Shown here: piece after piece, positions 61,857 through 64,000 of the stretch | Layout: every line of letters starts with the position of its first letter | Numbering within the stretch: the stretch's first letter is position 1 | NCBI GenBank assembly: GCA_002269645.1 | Contig: NIVC01001514.1 | Coordinates: 136,253 to 200,252 of the forward strand | DNA: 64,000 nt | Direction: 5' to 3' | Origin: Macrostomum lignano | Lineage: Eukaryota | Notes under the pieces: model-generated | The model's database searches: none | What the model saw: only the letters and a program-made list of their open reading frames with translations | Told to the model about the DNA's origin: nothing | Made by a program: the position numbers and the translations under genes

Positions 61857-63853
61857 TTAAATGCTGCAAGTGCATAATAATTAACATTTTTGCATAATAA
61901 TGCTAATTAATTAAATTCAGAATTGTGCATAAATTAGTTTTAATCCTCAAATTATACTTTAATAAATTAAACAATTTTTTCATTTAACTTGTAGTAGCTA
62001 GCAAGCAAGGACTCACTGCATTTATCCATTGTATTAAAAATTGCAAATAAGATTAGCAATCAGAATTAAAAATGCTATAATTTTATTGGAATGAGCCTGC
62101 AAACTACAATTGATTAAAAATGCACATTTTAGAATTAGGTTTGCCTATAGCCTACTCCATACTTCTTTTGAAAGATAATCCAAATTTTTCACTCTTACTG
62201 CTAGTGAAAAAAGACTAAACAACAATGATTTTAGAAGAAGCATTTGCATAGTTAACCCCTTACATTTGCTATAGCAAATTTATTATATTATTTTCCTTCT
62301 CTTCTCTACTTTGATCTAATTTTGAAGCTCATCATTTAAGATAGTCGTGCAATGCAATGCAAGGAAAAAACATTATATTGGAGAAAATAAAAATTAATAA
62401 AATGCGAAACCGTTTGGTTCCGAAACCAGTTAACTAATACTAATTGCGTTTATATCAGATAGTCAAGGTGCATTTGAATTAAAAAAGAATGGATTGGGAG
62501 AAATCGAAATAGGCATCCAATGTAGCAAATTTCCAAAGCTTTTCAGAGCTTGAGGTTATTGATCTTTCAAAATAATAATTAAAAACAATGCATTCCCTTC
62601 TGCTTATAATCGGCTTTGTTATAAAACTTTGAAACTAAAATTAATGGTTGTTATAGTAGGTTATGTTCGTGTTTATCTAACAGTATTGTACGAGTTTATC
62701 AACCTAGTTTTTAATAAATAGTAAGTTGTAATAAAAAGTTCATAGAATAGACATAGAATGCGTTAAGTTTATTTCATCAAAAATACCAAACACAAGATGA
62801 CTAATGTACTATATTATTTTTGTTGTGTTATGTGGAACATGGGAATGCAAATTAAACAGAACGACCCATTAGAGTTCTATGGCCACCAAGCGTTTGAATT
62901 AACTCGAGATGGCAATTAGCCACAGAAAATTCGATTTGTCGTGCTATATGGAAGGAATGATGAGCCAGAATAGAAGAAAAACGGTTGTGAGTTTTTGACA
63001 GAGACAACAAGACGCTTTCATTTTCTATCGGTTAATCGAGTTAAGCTATATAATATTATAATATTAAAAATAAAAGAATATTACAAATTTCTGAACGCGA
63101 TCGACAGCTTATGGTCACCGCCTTGTAATGTGGACTCTCGATGAAGGGTGTCAGTGTTGTTAAGAGTTTCCAATTCTTCTACATGTATGAATATTTACCG
63201 CATTCGGTCAACATTCAAACAATCCGGCATGTTTTTAAGTCAAGTATAGCGTACGGCAATCCGAGAGAACCATCGGAACAGAATTTCAACACAAATCCTG
63301 AGGGATTGACGTACACTTAAGCAGTCATGTTACTCGAGCGAGAGGCGCCTGAAGGCCGTTGGCAAGCAATGATTGCTGATAAGTGCGCTGACTGGGAGCT
63401 GCGCTGCATGCAACAGATTTTTTGAACTGCATGTACGTGTCGGCAGCGAAATCTGTTTTAACAGTTGACCTTTTGTAAACTTTGATGCTTTTGATTTGTG
63501 ACCTAAAATTTACTTTATTGATGACTGTTTTTATTCTTTCTGCAAATAAAACTCAAATCGCGTTGCTTCTATTTTGGCTCATAGTTTCCAGCATGACCAA
63601 TTGAGTTTTTATGGCTTGCTTTCTTAAGTTAATTCAAACGTTTCGCCATATACGAGTAGAATTCGATAGGCCATTCCGTTTTGCATGCTCGCTTTTTCAC
63701 ATAGCACGACAAAAGCAAAATATATTACTTACAAATGCCATTTAAAACACGTACATGTACGCAATTAAGTACCTGTATTGATTATTGAATACATATGGTT
63801 GCATTCAAGTGAATTTGAATGTAGAAGCATGGGACATGTACACGAGTACGAGA

Positions 63854-64000
63854 AGTGGCACAGCCAGGAATTTTTTCGGTGGGGGGGGGCTATTCAGCAC
63901 CCAGAGGAGGGGTGTAGGGGGGATTTATCTCCGGAGATTTCGGAGGGGAGGGGGTAATTTCGGTGGGAGGGCCAGGCCCCTCACGGACCCCCTGGCTACG
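63854..64000. mobile_element. Short hAT-like MITE truncated by the window end
   Basis: AGTGGCACAGCCAGG at the left end and CCTGGCTACG at the window end form an inverted pair around G-rich content. Confidence 0.5.

Noticed and set aside
63070-63320. Tc1-like transposase HTH remnant (ISERDRQLMVTAL..)
   Set aside because: In-frame stop, no TIRs or catalytic domain found, similarity too weak

Overview
Animal (eukaryotic) genomic DNA with spliced genes; no prokaryotic features and no CRISPR. Roughly 40% of the window is tandem repeat: about 35 different mini/microsatellite arrays, mostly in introns or between genes. GC-rich exons, TTAGGG-like repeats and minisatellite-packed introns resemble the flatworm Macrostomum lignano (inference only). 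Genes reconstructed with phase-consistent GT-AG splicing: (1) a 4-exon DEG/ENaC channel (+, 9249-16025, 611 aa); (2) a deoxynucleoside kinase of the TK2/dNK family (-, 4 exons found, 5' end missing); (3) a Rab escort protein (+, 35877-39375); (4) a BIR + UBA-like IAP gene (-, 47367-51182), which may extend upstream into a low-complexity/TIR-like ORF pair at 55.6-57.8 kb; (5) a possible TIR-like exon pair (-, 43321-44128); (6) a Rab10-like GTPase (-, 60777-61856) with a 1-nt frameshift in exon 1. Mobile elements: four copies of a tRNA-derived SINE family, two TA-flanked long-TIR elements, hAT-type MITEs carrying expandable repeats, a foldback element enclosing telomeric repeats and a decayed non-LTR retrotransposon 3' end. 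Best leads: ENaC intron 1 appears to be a SINE whose target-site duplication supplies both splice sites; a 39-bp tandem array gives five in-frame 5' splice sites; and a possible TIR-like + BIR + UBA fusion gene. Most long ORFs in the track are satellite artefacts. All domain calls are by eye; no searches were run.
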